Assembly (NCBI GenBank): GCA_029248145.1
Contig: JAQWJX010000061.1
Coordinates: forward strand, 1 to 57,395
Reading direction: 5' to 3'
DNA: 57,395 bases
From: Schleiferiaceae bacterium
Lineage (GTDB): Bacteria; Bacteroidota; Bacteroidia; Flavobacteriales; Schleiferiaceae
Part shown: positions 9,624 to 18,414 of the stretch, piece by piece
Layout of the letters: each line of letters begins with the position of its first letter
Position numbering within the stretch: position 1 is the stretch's first letter
Notes under the pieces: generated by a model
Seen by the model: only the letters and a program-made list of their open reading frames with translations
Databases searched by the model: none
Told to the model about the DNA's origin: nothing
Translations under genes and position numbers: made by a program

Positions 9624-10868
9624 ATGCAACTCCTCTTTAAAAATGCCTACGTAGTTGACTTTCAAAGTCCTTACCATTTACAAACCGTAGATATTTTAGT
9701 TGAAGGGTTCCAGATTATTTCTATCGGAGATCTCTCGTCTCTTACATGTCCAAACATTGATTTAGCAGGTGCAACATTAACCACAGGTTTTGCTGAATTG
9801 CATAGTGATCTCGGTGAGCCAGGCAACGAAGAATGTGAAACGCTAGATACCGGTGCTGCTGCTGCGGCATCAGGTGGTTTTACTGCTGTAGGAGTTGTAA
9901 GTAACGGTACTCCAGGAATAGAAAATAAAACTGGCGTCGAATTCATCCTTAGTAAAGGTGAAAGCACATCGGTAAATTTAGTCCCAATAGGTTCTGCAAG
10001 CAGAAATAGTAGTGGTCAGGAGATGAGCGATATGTATGATATGTTTCAGCACGGTACGGTCTTGTTTGGCGACTACAAACGCGGAATTCAAAATGCGAAT
10101 CTCTTAAAACTTGCCCTCCTATATACTAAACCTTTTGGTCGCATTATGGTGCATCCTGAAGATTCGAATCTTGCGGCTAATGGTCAGGTAAGTGAAGGCG
10201 TTACGTCTACATACGTTGGACTTAAAGGCATTCCTGATTTAGCAGAATCTGTTCAGATAGATCGCGATTTGAAGCTATTAGAGTATACTCAAGGTAGTTT
10301 GCACATCGCAAGCGTCAGTACTGCAGAAGGTATTGACGCAATTCGTCAAGCGAAATCTAAGGGCTTAAATCTCACTTGTAGTGTGAATATTCATCATTTA
10401 CTTTTTGATGAAACTGCAGTATCTACATATGACACAAACTTTAAAGTGGTTCCACCTCTGCGCACGAAGAACGATCAGCAAGCACTTTGGGCAGCCATAG
10501 AAGACGGAACGGTAGACTGTTTAGCAGTGGATCACTTACCTAAAGATATCGAACATAAAGCCTGTGAATTCGACAATGCGTCTTTTGGCATGGCGGGATT
10601 TGAAGGTTCACTAGTGCATCTTTTAGATACGAAAAAGCTGGATTGGCCCATTCTTCAGCAAGTATGTTCGGCTAATCCTAGAGCATTATTAGGATTACCG
10701 GAGCTTAAGATTGTAGAAGGCGGTATAGCAGAGTTCACCATACTGGATAAAAACGAATCTGACCTTACTGGATTTGCATCAAAGGCCTACAATAACCCTT
10801 TTAAGGGGACAACAACAGCGCATCGTGTTGTCGGTGTTTATGTTAATGGTAAATACCTAGGAAATTAG
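9624..10868 (+). CDS. Dihydroorotase-like amidohydrolase with substituted metal ligands (possibly non-catalytic)
   Basis: Overall type-I DHOase pattern: GFAELHSDLGEPG, VHPED, LHIASVST, VDHLPKD. The canonical HxH is H-S-D here, and HxxHxST is H-I-A-S-V-S-T. Confidence 0.65.
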   Translation: MQLLFKNAYVVDFQSPYHLQTVDILVEGFQIISIGDLSSLTCPNIDLAGATLTTGFAELHSDLGEPGNEECETLDTGAAAAASGGFTAVGVVSNGTPGIENKTGVEFILSKGESTSVNLVPIGSASRNSSGQEMSDMYDMFQHGTVLFGDYKRGIQNANLLKLALLYTKPFGRIMVHPEDSNLAANGQVSEGVTSTYVGLKGIPDLAESVQIDRDLKLLEYTQGSLHIASVSTAEGIDAIRQAKSKGLNLTCSVNIHHLLFDETAVSTYDTNFKVVPPLRTKNDQQALWAAIEDGTVDCLAVDHLPKDIEHKACEFDNASFGMAGFEGSLVHLLDTKKLDWPILQQVCSANPRALLGLPELKIVEGGIAEFTILDKNESDLTGFASKAYNNPFKGTTTAHRVVGVYVNGKYLGN

Positions 10869-11668
10869 ATATTCACAGGTATTCTGAGACCGTCGTAGCT
10901 CAGGTAGATACTTTCTGGTAATTCGCGCTCAACCTCTTCATGTTTACCCATGTAGTGGCTCATATGGATGAAATAAGTATGCTTAGCATTGATTCGTTTC
11001 GCCCATGCAATGGCTTGATCAAGATTGAAATGACTGTGATGGAGCTTTCTGTGCAGGGCATCTAAAATCAAATATTTCAATCCAACTAGTTGAAGCTCCG
11101 ATTCATGTGGAATATCGTTCACATCCGTTAGATAGGCCACATCCCCTATTCTGTAGCCAAGGATGGGTAAATTTCCATGGTTCAAACCAATTGGGGTAAT
11201 TTTAATTCCATTAATACTAAAGGTCTTACCCGCTTCAATAGGTGTCATTACGAAACGCGGTGCGCCTGGATATGGATGCTTTTCAAAGGCATAATGGAAG
11301 GCTTTCTTTACTCTGTTTAATACGCGCTGCTGACCATAAAGGGCCAATTCTTTATTGACACGAAATATGATGGGGCGTACATCATCTAATCCTGCAATAT
11401 GGTCTTGATGCTCATGTGTGAAAAGAACAGCATCTATGTGTGTTAGCTTTTCGCGCAGCATTTGAAGACGAAAATCTGGGCCAGTATCAATCTGTAGCGA
11501 AAGCTCGGGAAAGCTTATGTGAACAGAGCTTCGAGTCCTATTATCGCGAGGATCTGCGCTATCGCAAACACTGCAATAACAACCTATCACCGGAACGCCT
11601 TGTGAAGTTCCAGAACCTAAAAATATCAATTCTCCTTTTTGGCTCATTCTTTGTAGGTTATTTAGCAC
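10865..11668 (-). CDS. MBL-fold metallo-hydrolase (PhnP/GPMBL-like)
   Basis: HxHxDH motif FTHEHQDHIAGLDD and N-terminal FLGSGTSQGVP. The true start may be the second Met (MSQKGELIFLG, 11647). Confidence 0.8.
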   Translation of the reverse strand: MLNNLQRMSQKGELIFLGSGTSQGVPVIGCYCSVCDSADPRDNRTRSSVHISFPELSLQIDTGPDFRLQMLREKLTHIDAVLFTHEHQDHIAGLDDVRPIIFRVNKELALYGQQRVLNRVKKAFHYAFEKHPYPGAPRFVMTPIEAGKTFSINGIKITPIGLNHGNLPILGYRIGDVAYLTDVNDIPHESELQLVGLKYLILDALHRKLHHSHFNLDQAIAWAKRINAKHTYFIHMSHYMGKHEEVERELPESIYLSYDGLRIPVNI

Positions 11669-11699
11669 CTTTTCATTCCGAAGGATGAAGACTAAATGT

Positions 11700-11707
11700 T
11701 ACTTTTG
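11700..11707 (+). promoter_or_regulatory. Candidate -7 promoter box TACTTTTG
   Basis: Matches TAnnTTTG 5 nt before the GTG at 11713 and 29 nt before the in-frame ATG at 11737. Confidence 0.35.
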
Positions 11708-11712
11708 TTTTA

Positions 11713-13155
11713 GTGATTAACCTATCAGCTATTCGCATGAATGACCGCGTCATCTTAACCACCGCCCAAAAGGCACTTAAAATTAATCTAAACTCAGAGA
11801 TTTACGGCACATTCGCTGAAATTGGAGCGGGTCAAGAGACGGTGCGTGAGTTTTTTAGGGCCGGTGCAGCTTCAGGCACCATCGCTAAAGCAATGAGCGC
11901 CTACGATAAGGCTTTCTCTGATGACATCTACGGTATAGAAGAGGACAACAGATATGTTACCGAAAGTAGATTGCGTAAGATGCTAAAGCATGAGTATAAT
12001 CTCATTGAAAAGCGATTAGATCGTAATCTACACCCGAATAAGACGTATTTCGCCTACGCCAATACAGTGGCAACCATAAACTTTGCAAAGACCTTTAAGG
12101 GTCACGGGTGGATGGGAATTCGTTTCCAAACTGAGGCCTCAAGAGAAACGAACGAAATCATTATTCATTTTAGACTCGGTGAAAACGAAGCTAAACACCA
12201 GCAAGAAACAGTCGGAAGACTAGGGACAAATCTTATATTCGGTGCTTATAACTACTATGATGATCCGAAGTTCTTCCTATCCACTCTTTACGACAACATT
12301 GATAAAGATGCGATAGAGATTGACCTAATCAATTTCTCAGGTCCTGATTTTGAATCTGTTGATAACAGATTGATGTCATTACAGTTGATTAAAAACGGCT
12401 ACACAGAGGCTGTTATTTTTGGTCCTGAAGGAAATAATTTACTACCAGCGGAATTACTCTACAAGAAACATGTACTCGCAATGCGCGGCTCATTCCGACC
12501 CGTGACTCGTGTAAATATGGATATGATTAAACGGGGCTATGATCTTTTCGCAAATGATAAAAAAGTGAACCCGGATCGTACGGTTGTATTGTGGGAAATT
12601 ACTTTAAATAACCTTTTAGCAGATGGCGAACTGGACGAACAAGACTTTCTTGATCGTGCTGAGATTCTTTGCAGTCTTGGTCAGACCGTTCTTATCTCGA
12701 ACTATCAAGAATACTATAAGCTTGTAGATTACTTTGGTCGTTTTTCTAAAAAGCGTCAAGGACTGGTTATGGGGGTTAATAACCTGAGTGAGTTGTTTGA
12801 TGAAAAATACTACCGTGATCTTCAAGGAGGAATTCTTGAGGCATTTGGTAGAATATTCTCAAAAGATTTAAAGATTCTGGTCTACCCTTTCCAAGAAAAC
12901 GAAAATGCGAAGATTGCAAGAAAGGAAGACGCAGAAATACACCCTAGATTTAGACCTATTATAGATTATCTAAATTTTCATAACCGAATCATCGACATTA
13001 AAGAATTCGACGAAGACGTAAAAAATATTTTCTCACGTGAAGTACTTCGGAAAATACGATGTGGTGAAGAAGGTTGGGAAAGTTGTCTGCCGCAATATGT
13101 AGACCGGGTAATAAAGGAAAAAGAACTTTTCGGTTACGTGCCAAAGATACCTTAA
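11713..13155 (+). CDS. Conserved-looking cytoplasmic protein of unknown function (about 472-480 aa)
   Basis: Long uninterrupted ORF with no signal peptide, TM helix or P-loop. The track start is GTG, and the ATG at 11737 (MNDRVILTT) is an equally good start. I recognise no family. Confidence 0.6.
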   Translation: MINLSAIRMNDRVILTTAQKALKINLNSEIYGTFAEIGAGQETVREFFRAGAASGTIAKAMSAYDKAFSDDIYGIEEDNRYVTESRLRKMLKHEYNLIEKRLDRNLHPNKTYFAYANTVATINFAKTFKGHGWMGIRFQTEASRETNEIIIHFRLGENEAKHQQETVGRLGTNLIFGAYNYYDDPKFFLSTLYDNIDKDAIEIDLINFSGPDFESVDNRLMSLQLIKNGYTEAVIFGPEGNNLLPAELLYKKHVLAMRGSFRPVTRVNMDMIKRGYDLFANDKKVNPDRTVVLWEITLNNLLADGELDEQDFLDRAEILCSLGQTVLISNYQEYYKLVDYFGRFSKKRQGLVMGVNNLSELFDEKYYRDLQGGILEAFGRIFSKDLKILVYPFQENENAKIARKEDAEIHPRFRPIIDYLNFHNRIIDIKEFDEDVKNIFSREVLRKIRCGEEGWESCLPQYVDRVIKEKELFGYVPKIP

Positions 13156-14465
13156 GCGTTCGATAGTGCTTCTTTATACGTAGCGAGGCAACGTTCTCTC
13201 GCCCATTTGTGCTCGACAATAGGCTCAGGATATAGATGGGTACTTAGTTCTGGCACCCATCTCTTGACATAAGTCAAATCTTTATCGAATTTCTCCATTT
13301 GGGAAGTAGGATTGAACACACGAAAATATGGTGCAGCGTCTAAACCGCTACCGCTTGCCCATTGCCATCCACCAATATTACTTGCTAAATCAAAATCTAG
13401 CAGTTTTGCTGCAAAGTAAGCTTCTCCCCACCGCCAATCAATTAATAAGTGTTTGGTTAAAAAACTAGCGACAATCATACGAACACGATTGTGCATGAAC
13501 CCGGTTGCGTTTAATTCTCGCATTCCGGCATCTACAATGGGATAGCCAGTCTTACCCTTACACCATGCTTTGAAGTGGTCTTCATTATTGGACCAAGGAA
13601 TACGATCATATTTTGGTTTAATGGCTTTCGAACGACTCTCAGGAAAATAATAAAGCGCCATTTGGAAGAAATCTCGCCATATTAATTCATTCAAAAAGGT
13701 TTCATTAGTCCCTTCACTTGCCCTTGCCAAAGCTCGTATACTAACGGTACCAAACCTTAGGTGAATACCTAATCGGGTTGTACCCGTTTTTAGACCAGGA
13801 AAGTTTCTTGTTCTGTCGTAATTTGAAATAATATTTTTCGAAATACGAGCAGAAGGAATGGCTATAGATGTGGATTTAAATCCCAAAGATTCGAGTGAAA
13901 TCAACGTGCTCTTTTCATCCGTCTGGAAAAATGAGTTAAAATAGTTTTGCGTTGGATAAGCTTTGAAATGATCGGAAGTACAGTTTTTCTTCCATGCTTT
14001 AGCATATGGACTGTAAACTAAATATGGAGTCCCATCTGCTTTTACCACCTCGTTTTTTTCAAAAATAACGTGGTCTTTTGCACCTATACAAGAGGCGTTT
14101 ATAGTCTCGAAATACTCATATACCTCTTTGTCTCTTTCTCTTGCGTAGGGCTCATAGTCTCGATTAAAGTATAAAGCGGTCACCTCATACTGTGTACACA
14201 ATGATTTTAATACATCCAGTGGCTTGTCATAAAAAACCAATAAGTCAGAACCTAGATCCTCTAACTGAATTTTTAGGTCTTTCAGCCTTTCATGCAGAAA
14301 TGATACTCGCGCATCTTGAGTGTCTTCAAGTTTAGATAAGATGTTGGAATCAAAGATGAAAATAGGTACCACGGGCACACCACTTTTGAGTGCCTTGAAA
14401 AGGCTTGCATTATCTTCTAATCGTAAATCTCGTCTAAACCAAAAAAGGCAAATCTTTTGACTCAT
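13152..14465 (-). CDS. phr: Deoxyribodipyrimidine photo-lyase / cryptochrome-photolyase family flavoprotein
   Basis: N-terminal LFWFRRDLRLEDNASL. FAD-domain motifs TGYPIVDAGMREL, FMHNRVRMIVASFL, WRDFF and GWQWASGSGLDAAPYFRVFNP. Confidence 0.9.
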   Translation of the reverse strand: MSQKICLFWFRRDLRLEDNASLFKALKSGVPVVPIFIFDSNILSKLEDTQDARVSFLHERLKDLKIQLEDLGSDLLVFYDKPLDVLKSLCTQYEVTALYFNRDYEPYARERDKEVYEYFETINASCIGAKDHVIFEKNEVVKADGTPYLVYSPYAKAWKKNCTSDHFKAYPTQNYFNSFFQTDEKSTLISLESLGFKSTSIAIPSARISKNIISNYDRTRNFPGLKTGTTRLGIHLRFGTVSIRALARASEGTNETFLNELIWRDFFQMALYYFPESRSKAIKPKYDRIPWSNNEDHFKAWCKGKTGYPIVDAGMRELNATGFMHNRVRMIVASFLTKHLLIDWRWGEAYFAAKLLDFDLASNIGGWQWASGSGLDAAPYFRVFNPTSQMEKFDKDLTYVKRWVPELSTHLYPEPIVEHKWARERCLATYKEALSNA

Positions 14466-15137
14466 TTATTGAACAGCGTTAAGAAAGTATTGTCGCTGAA
14501 GTTCATCTTCAAAGGCCCCATGAAAAGCCATGGTAACTGTAGAGCTGCCCGCATCCTCAATGCCTCTGGTTTTTACACACATGTGATCTGCCTCAAGATA
14601 AACAGCGACACTAGGCGTTCCTAAGCCTTCCATTAGCGCTTCCGCAATTTGACGCGTAAGACGTTCTTGCACCTGTGGACGTTTGGAATAATGACGTACA
14701 ATTCTATTTAGCTTTGAGAGCCCAACTACCTGTCCATTTGGGATATATGCTATATGACAACTTCCTAAGATTGGTACAAAATGGTGCTCGCAATGTGAAT
14801 GAACCGTGATATTCTTTTCAATAAGCATGTCTTTATATTGATACTTATTATCGAACAGTTTCATTTCCGGTTTATTGCTCGGATTTAAACCTGCAAATGC
14901 TTCAGAAACGTACATTTTCGCAACTCTTAATGGTGTTCCGCGTAGGCTATCATCAGTTAGGTCTAAGCCTAATATCTGCATGATGTCTTCGAATTTTTCA
15001 GCGATCTGCGAAATCTTTTCTTCATCGCTCAAGTTGAACGCATCGGGACGAAGTGGTGTATCTATAGAGCTACCCATGTGATTGTCGAATAATTCGGCAA
15101 GTTCTTCCGTTGTATATTTTTGGTCGTGCTTTGTCAT
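14466..15137 (-). CDS. folE: GTP cyclohydrolase I
   Basis: Motifs HCEHHFVPI, QVQERLTRQIA and HMCVKTRGI. I chose the start at the ATG 15135-15137 (MTKHDQ), which removes the overlap with the upstream gene. Confidence 0.9.
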   Translation of the reverse strand: MTKHDQKYTTEELAELFDNHMGSSIDTPLRPDAFNLSDEEKISQIAEKFEDIMQILGLDLTDDSLRGTPLRVAKMYVSEAFAGLNPSNKPEMKLFDNKYQYKDMLIEKNITVHSHCEHHFVPILGSCHIAYIPNGQVVGLSKLNRIVRHYSKRPQVQERLTRQIAEALMEGLGTPSVAVYLEADHMCVKTRGIEDAGSSTVTMAFHGAFEDELQRQYFLNAVQ

Positions 15138-15144
15138 AATAGAT

Positions 15145-15555
15145 TTATTCTCCGCAGTACTCAACAAAGTTTCTGGGGGTTTCATATAAAGTAACCTTTA
15201 AATCGAACGATGTGTTCAATTTTACACGTAATCTGTTCCAGATTACGTAGGCAATGTGCTCTGCTGTAGGGTTTAACGCTTTAAATTCAGCTACCTGTTC
15301 ATTGAGATTTTTATGATCCATGTAGTCTTCAACTTCAACTTTAATGAGGTCAGCTAAAACCTTCATATCTATGAGATACCCTGTTTTTGGATCTACTTCA
15401 CCAGTAACGCCTACGATTAATTCGTAATTGTGTCCATGGTAATAAGGATTGTTACATTTGCCAAAGAGTACCTCGTTTTCTTTTTCGGAGAGATTTGGTT
15501 CGTGTAAACGATGTGCAGCATTAAAGTGCGCTTTTCTATAAACCGTGATCTTCAT
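15145..15555 (-). CDS. 6-pyruvoyl-tetrahydropterin synthase, PTPS-II-type (COG0720)
   Basis: C-x5-HGH active site (GKCNNPYYHGHNYEL) and DHKNLN, as in animal PTPS. QueD has C-x3-HGH instead. Confidence 0.8.
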   Translation of the reverse strand: MKITVYRKAHFNAAHRLHEPNLSEKENEVLFGKCNNPYYHGHNYELIVGVTGEVDPKTGYLIDMKVLADLIKVEVEDYMDHKNLNEQVAEFKALNPTAEHIAYVIWNRLRVKLNTSFDLKVTLYETPRNFVEYCGE

Positions 15556-16066
15556 TGTTCCAATAATTTAAAAATCGATCGTAAATGATTTTAAACCACT
15601 CTGTATATCGATCAGGGTTATTTTTCATGTCATTAGCTACCCACTCAACCGATTTCCAGTCGAAAGATTCAACTTCATCAGGGTTTACTTTAGGGTCTTC
15701 ATTCCAGCGTGCAATAAGAACATGATCTAATTCGTGCTCAGTTAGATCATTATCCAGCTCAGCCTTATAGATGAAACTAAAGATGCGTTTAACATCGCAT
15801 GTGAAGCCCATCTCTTCCATTAGTCTTCTTCTAGCAGCCTCTTCAACACTTTCACCCTCTCTAGGGTGCGAACAACAGGTGTTCGTCCAGAGTCCTCCAC
15901 TGTGGTATTTATGCAAAGCTCTTCGCTGCAGTAATATTTCATTCTTGTCGTTCATGGCGAAGACAGAGAATGCACGATGCAATTTCGCCAATCGGTGCGC
16001 TTCCATTTTCTCCATCAGCCCTAGAGCATTGTCATGCTCGTCGACCAGGATAACTTGTTCAGCCAT
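15536..16066 (-). CDS. idi: Isopentenyl-diphosphate delta-isomerase, type 1 (Nudix)
   Basis: Motif GLWTNTCCSHPREGESVEEAARRRLMEEMGF and the conserved TEHE block. Confidence 0.9.
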   Translation of the reverse strand: MAEQVILVDEHDNALGLMEKMEAHRLAKLHRAFSVFAMNDKNEILLQRRALHKYHSGGLWTNTCCSHPREGESVEEAARRRLMEEMGFTCDVKRIFSFIYKAELDNDLTEHELDHVLIARWNEDPKVNPDEVESFDWKSVEWVANDMKNNPDRYTEWFKIIYDRFLNYWNNEDHGL

Positions 16067-16069
16067 ATT

Positions 16070-16906
16070 TTAGATCCAATTAATGGTATGTCTTACAAAA
16101 CTACTTACGAATAGTCCGTATTTTCTTTTGTTTGAGATTCTTACACGTTGACTTAAAATGATGTCACAATGTGTTTTCTTAATCTTTTTGAAGAGGCTGT
16201 AATAATAAACATAGGCGATATAGACTCCAAAGCGAGCACCTTTCGGCAACTGCTTTATACCCTCATATCCAGCCATGAAATCAATATCGATATCTGCTTC
16301 AATTTCCGTTTTTACGGTCTCATTAAAATTGTTCAAGTCTACACCTGGAAAGTATGTCCGACCTAATTTCTTATAATCGGCATGCAAATCGCGAAGGAAA
16401 TTAATCTTTTGGAATGCACTACCTAACTGCATCGCAGGCTTTTTCAATATCTGGTAGCGTTCTTCGCTTCCATCCACAAATACTTTCAAACACATAAGAC
16501 CTACAACCTCCGCAGAGCCTAATATGTAAGCTTTATACCCGGCTTCGTCGTAATCATTCTTATAAAGGTCCATTTCCATAGACTTTAAGAAAGTTTCAAT
16601 TAAATCACGATCAATTTCGAAGGTATTCACGACTTGTTGAAAGCTGTTCAGGATAGGATTTAAACTGATTTTTTCGTCTAAAGCTAAATGTCTGTCTTTC
16701 CAAAAACGCTCCAAGAGTTCTTTTTGAGGATAACCTTCAAAAGAGTCAACGATTTCGTCTGCAAAACGCACAAATCCATAAATCGCATAAATCGGGTCAT
16801 GATATTTTTTATCTAAACCTAGAATACCGAGCGAAAAGGAGGTCGAATACGCCTTAGTAGTCATTCTACTTGCTCTAATACTTACGCTGTCGAATAATGC
16901 CTTCAT
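16070..16906 (-). CDS. crtB: Phytoene synthase
   Basis: Motifs YSTSFSLG, FVRFADEIVD (first Asp-rich motif) and LGSAFQKINFLRDLHADY. Confidence 0.9.
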   Translation of the reverse strand: MKALFDSVSIRASRMTTKAYSTSFSLGILGLDKKYHDPIYAIYGFVRFADEIVDSFEGYPQKELLERFWKDRHLALDEKISLNPILNSFQQVVNTFEIDRDLIETFLKSMEMDLYKNDYDEAGYKAYILGSAEVVGLMCLKVFVDGSEERYQILKKPAMQLGSAFQKINFLRDLHADYKKLGRTYFPGVDLNNFNETVKTEIEADIDIDFMAGYEGIKQLPKGARFGVYIAYVYYYSLFKKIKKTHCDIILSQRVRISNKRKYGLFVSSFVRHTINWI

Positions 16907-18390
16907 ATCGCTTTCTTTAAAGAATAATCCTTGACAATTTCACCACAGACCACTTCACCGCTAATGAGCGAAGGCGGAACTCCTGGTCCCGGTGTGGTCA
17001 ATTGGCCAGCGAAATATAGGTTTGCTACCTTTTTGCTTTTTAGCCTTGGTTTAAAAATGGCTGTTTGGTCTAACGTATTCGCTAATCCGTAAGCGTTGCC
17101 TTTAAAACTGTTGTATTCACTTTTGAAATCACTATACGCAAAACTACGTTTAACGATGACTCGTTCTCTTATTGATTCTCCAGTGTACCCTTCAAGTCGG
17201 TCCATCATTAAATTGTAATACTTCTCTCTAACTTCCTCGCTATCACCCGCTAACCCTGGTGCGGTAGGCATCAGTAAGAACATATTTTCGCATCCATTCG
17301 GCGCTATAGAAGAATCCGTTTTAGTAGGAGCACTTGCATAAAAAAGTGGCTTAGTCGGCCACGATGGGTCGGTGTAGATTTCATGAGCATGTTGATCTAA
17401 TTCATAGTCGAAGAACAAATTATGATGCAACACATTTGACACTCTTCCTTTGATACCTAAATAAAATAAAAGTGAAGATGGTGCCATTTTACGTTTCTCC
17501 CAATATTGAGGGGTATACTCTCTATACTCAGGACTGCTTATGTTTTGATCGATATGATGATAATCTGCCCCTCCTACCACAATATCAGCTGTGAAGCTTC
17601 CACCTTTTGTCAAAACACTGATGATTTTGTTGTTTGCGTACTTGAAACCAGTTACTTCCGTGCTGGTTCTGAATTTTACGCCTTGTTCTTTTGCAACATT
17701 TACCATGCCTTCAATAATCTTGTTCATACCCCCCATAGGGTACCAAGTACCAAGGGACATGTCAGCATAATTCATCAAACTGTAGAGTGCAGGTGTGTTT
17801 TGCGGTAAAGCACCTAGGAATAATACAGGGAATTCGAGGATTGCTTTTAATTTAGGATGCGTACTTACTTCTGCAACATGCTTACGAATGTCCTTAAGCA
17901 TATCCAATTGGAAAATACCTTTAACAATTCTGAAATCCATGAATTCTGTAAGTGAACGGCCTGGTTTAAAAACCAAGTCTTGAATACCCACTTTATACTT
18001 GTATTCTGCTTGCTTGAGAAACTTACGTAAACGCAGTCCTGATCCCGGATCAAGCTTGTCGAACATTGCTTCAAGCTCTTCCATGTCGGGACTTTGATCT
18101 TCCTGATCTTCAGGACCGTAAACTACCCTGTATGAAGGATCTAGACGAACAAGATTGTACAGGTCCGAAATCTCTTTGCCGAATGAAGCAAAGTATCTTT
18201 CGAATACATCTGGCATCCAATACCAGCTAGGCCCCATATCAAACTTAAAGCCTTCTTTTTCCCAACAACGGGCTCTACCCCCTAATTGGCTGTTTTTTTC
18301 AAGAATGGTGACATCATAACCTTCTTTGGCGAGAAAGGATGCTGCACTAAGCCCGGCAAAGCCAGAGCCTATTACTATTACTGATTTCAT
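16903..18390 (-). CDS. crtI: Phytoene desaturase
   Basis: N-terminal FAD fold VIGSGFAGLSAASFLAKEGYDVTILEKN. C-terminal NLYFAGQLTTPGPGVP. Confidence 0.9.
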   Translation of the reverse strand: MKSVIVIGSGFAGLSAASFLAKEGYDVTILEKNSQLGGRARCWEKEGFKFDMGPSWYWMPDVFERYFASFGKEISDLYNLVRLDPSYRVVYGPEDQEDQSPDMEELEAMFDKLDPGSGLRLRKFLKQAEYKYKVGIQDLVFKPGRSLTEFMDFRIVKGIFQLDMLKDIRKHVAEVSTHPKLKAILEFPVLFLGALPQNTPALYSLMNYADMSLGTWYPMGGMNKIIEGMVNVAKEQGVKFRTSTEVTGFKYANNKIISVLTKGGSFTADIVVGGADYHHIDQNISSPEYREYTPQYWEKRKMAPSSLLFYLGIKGRVSNVLHHNLFFDYELDQHAHEIYTDPSWPTKPLFYASAPTKTDSSIAPNGCENMFLLMPTAPGLAGDSEEVREKYYNLMMDRLEGYTGESIRERVIVKRSFAYSDFKSEYNSFKGNAYGLANTLDQTAIFKPRLKSKKVANLYFAGQLTTPGPGVPPSLISGEVVCGEIVKDYSLKKAI

Positions 18391-18414
18391 TAGAACGATT
18401 TAGGCGGTTGTAGG

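Noticed and set aside
15145-15555. Default reading of the COG0720 gene as QueD (queuosine pathway)
   Set aside because: The active site is C-x5-HGH (PTPS-II type) rather than C-x3-HGH, and no other que genes are nearby. I kept it as PTPS, pending a biochemical test.
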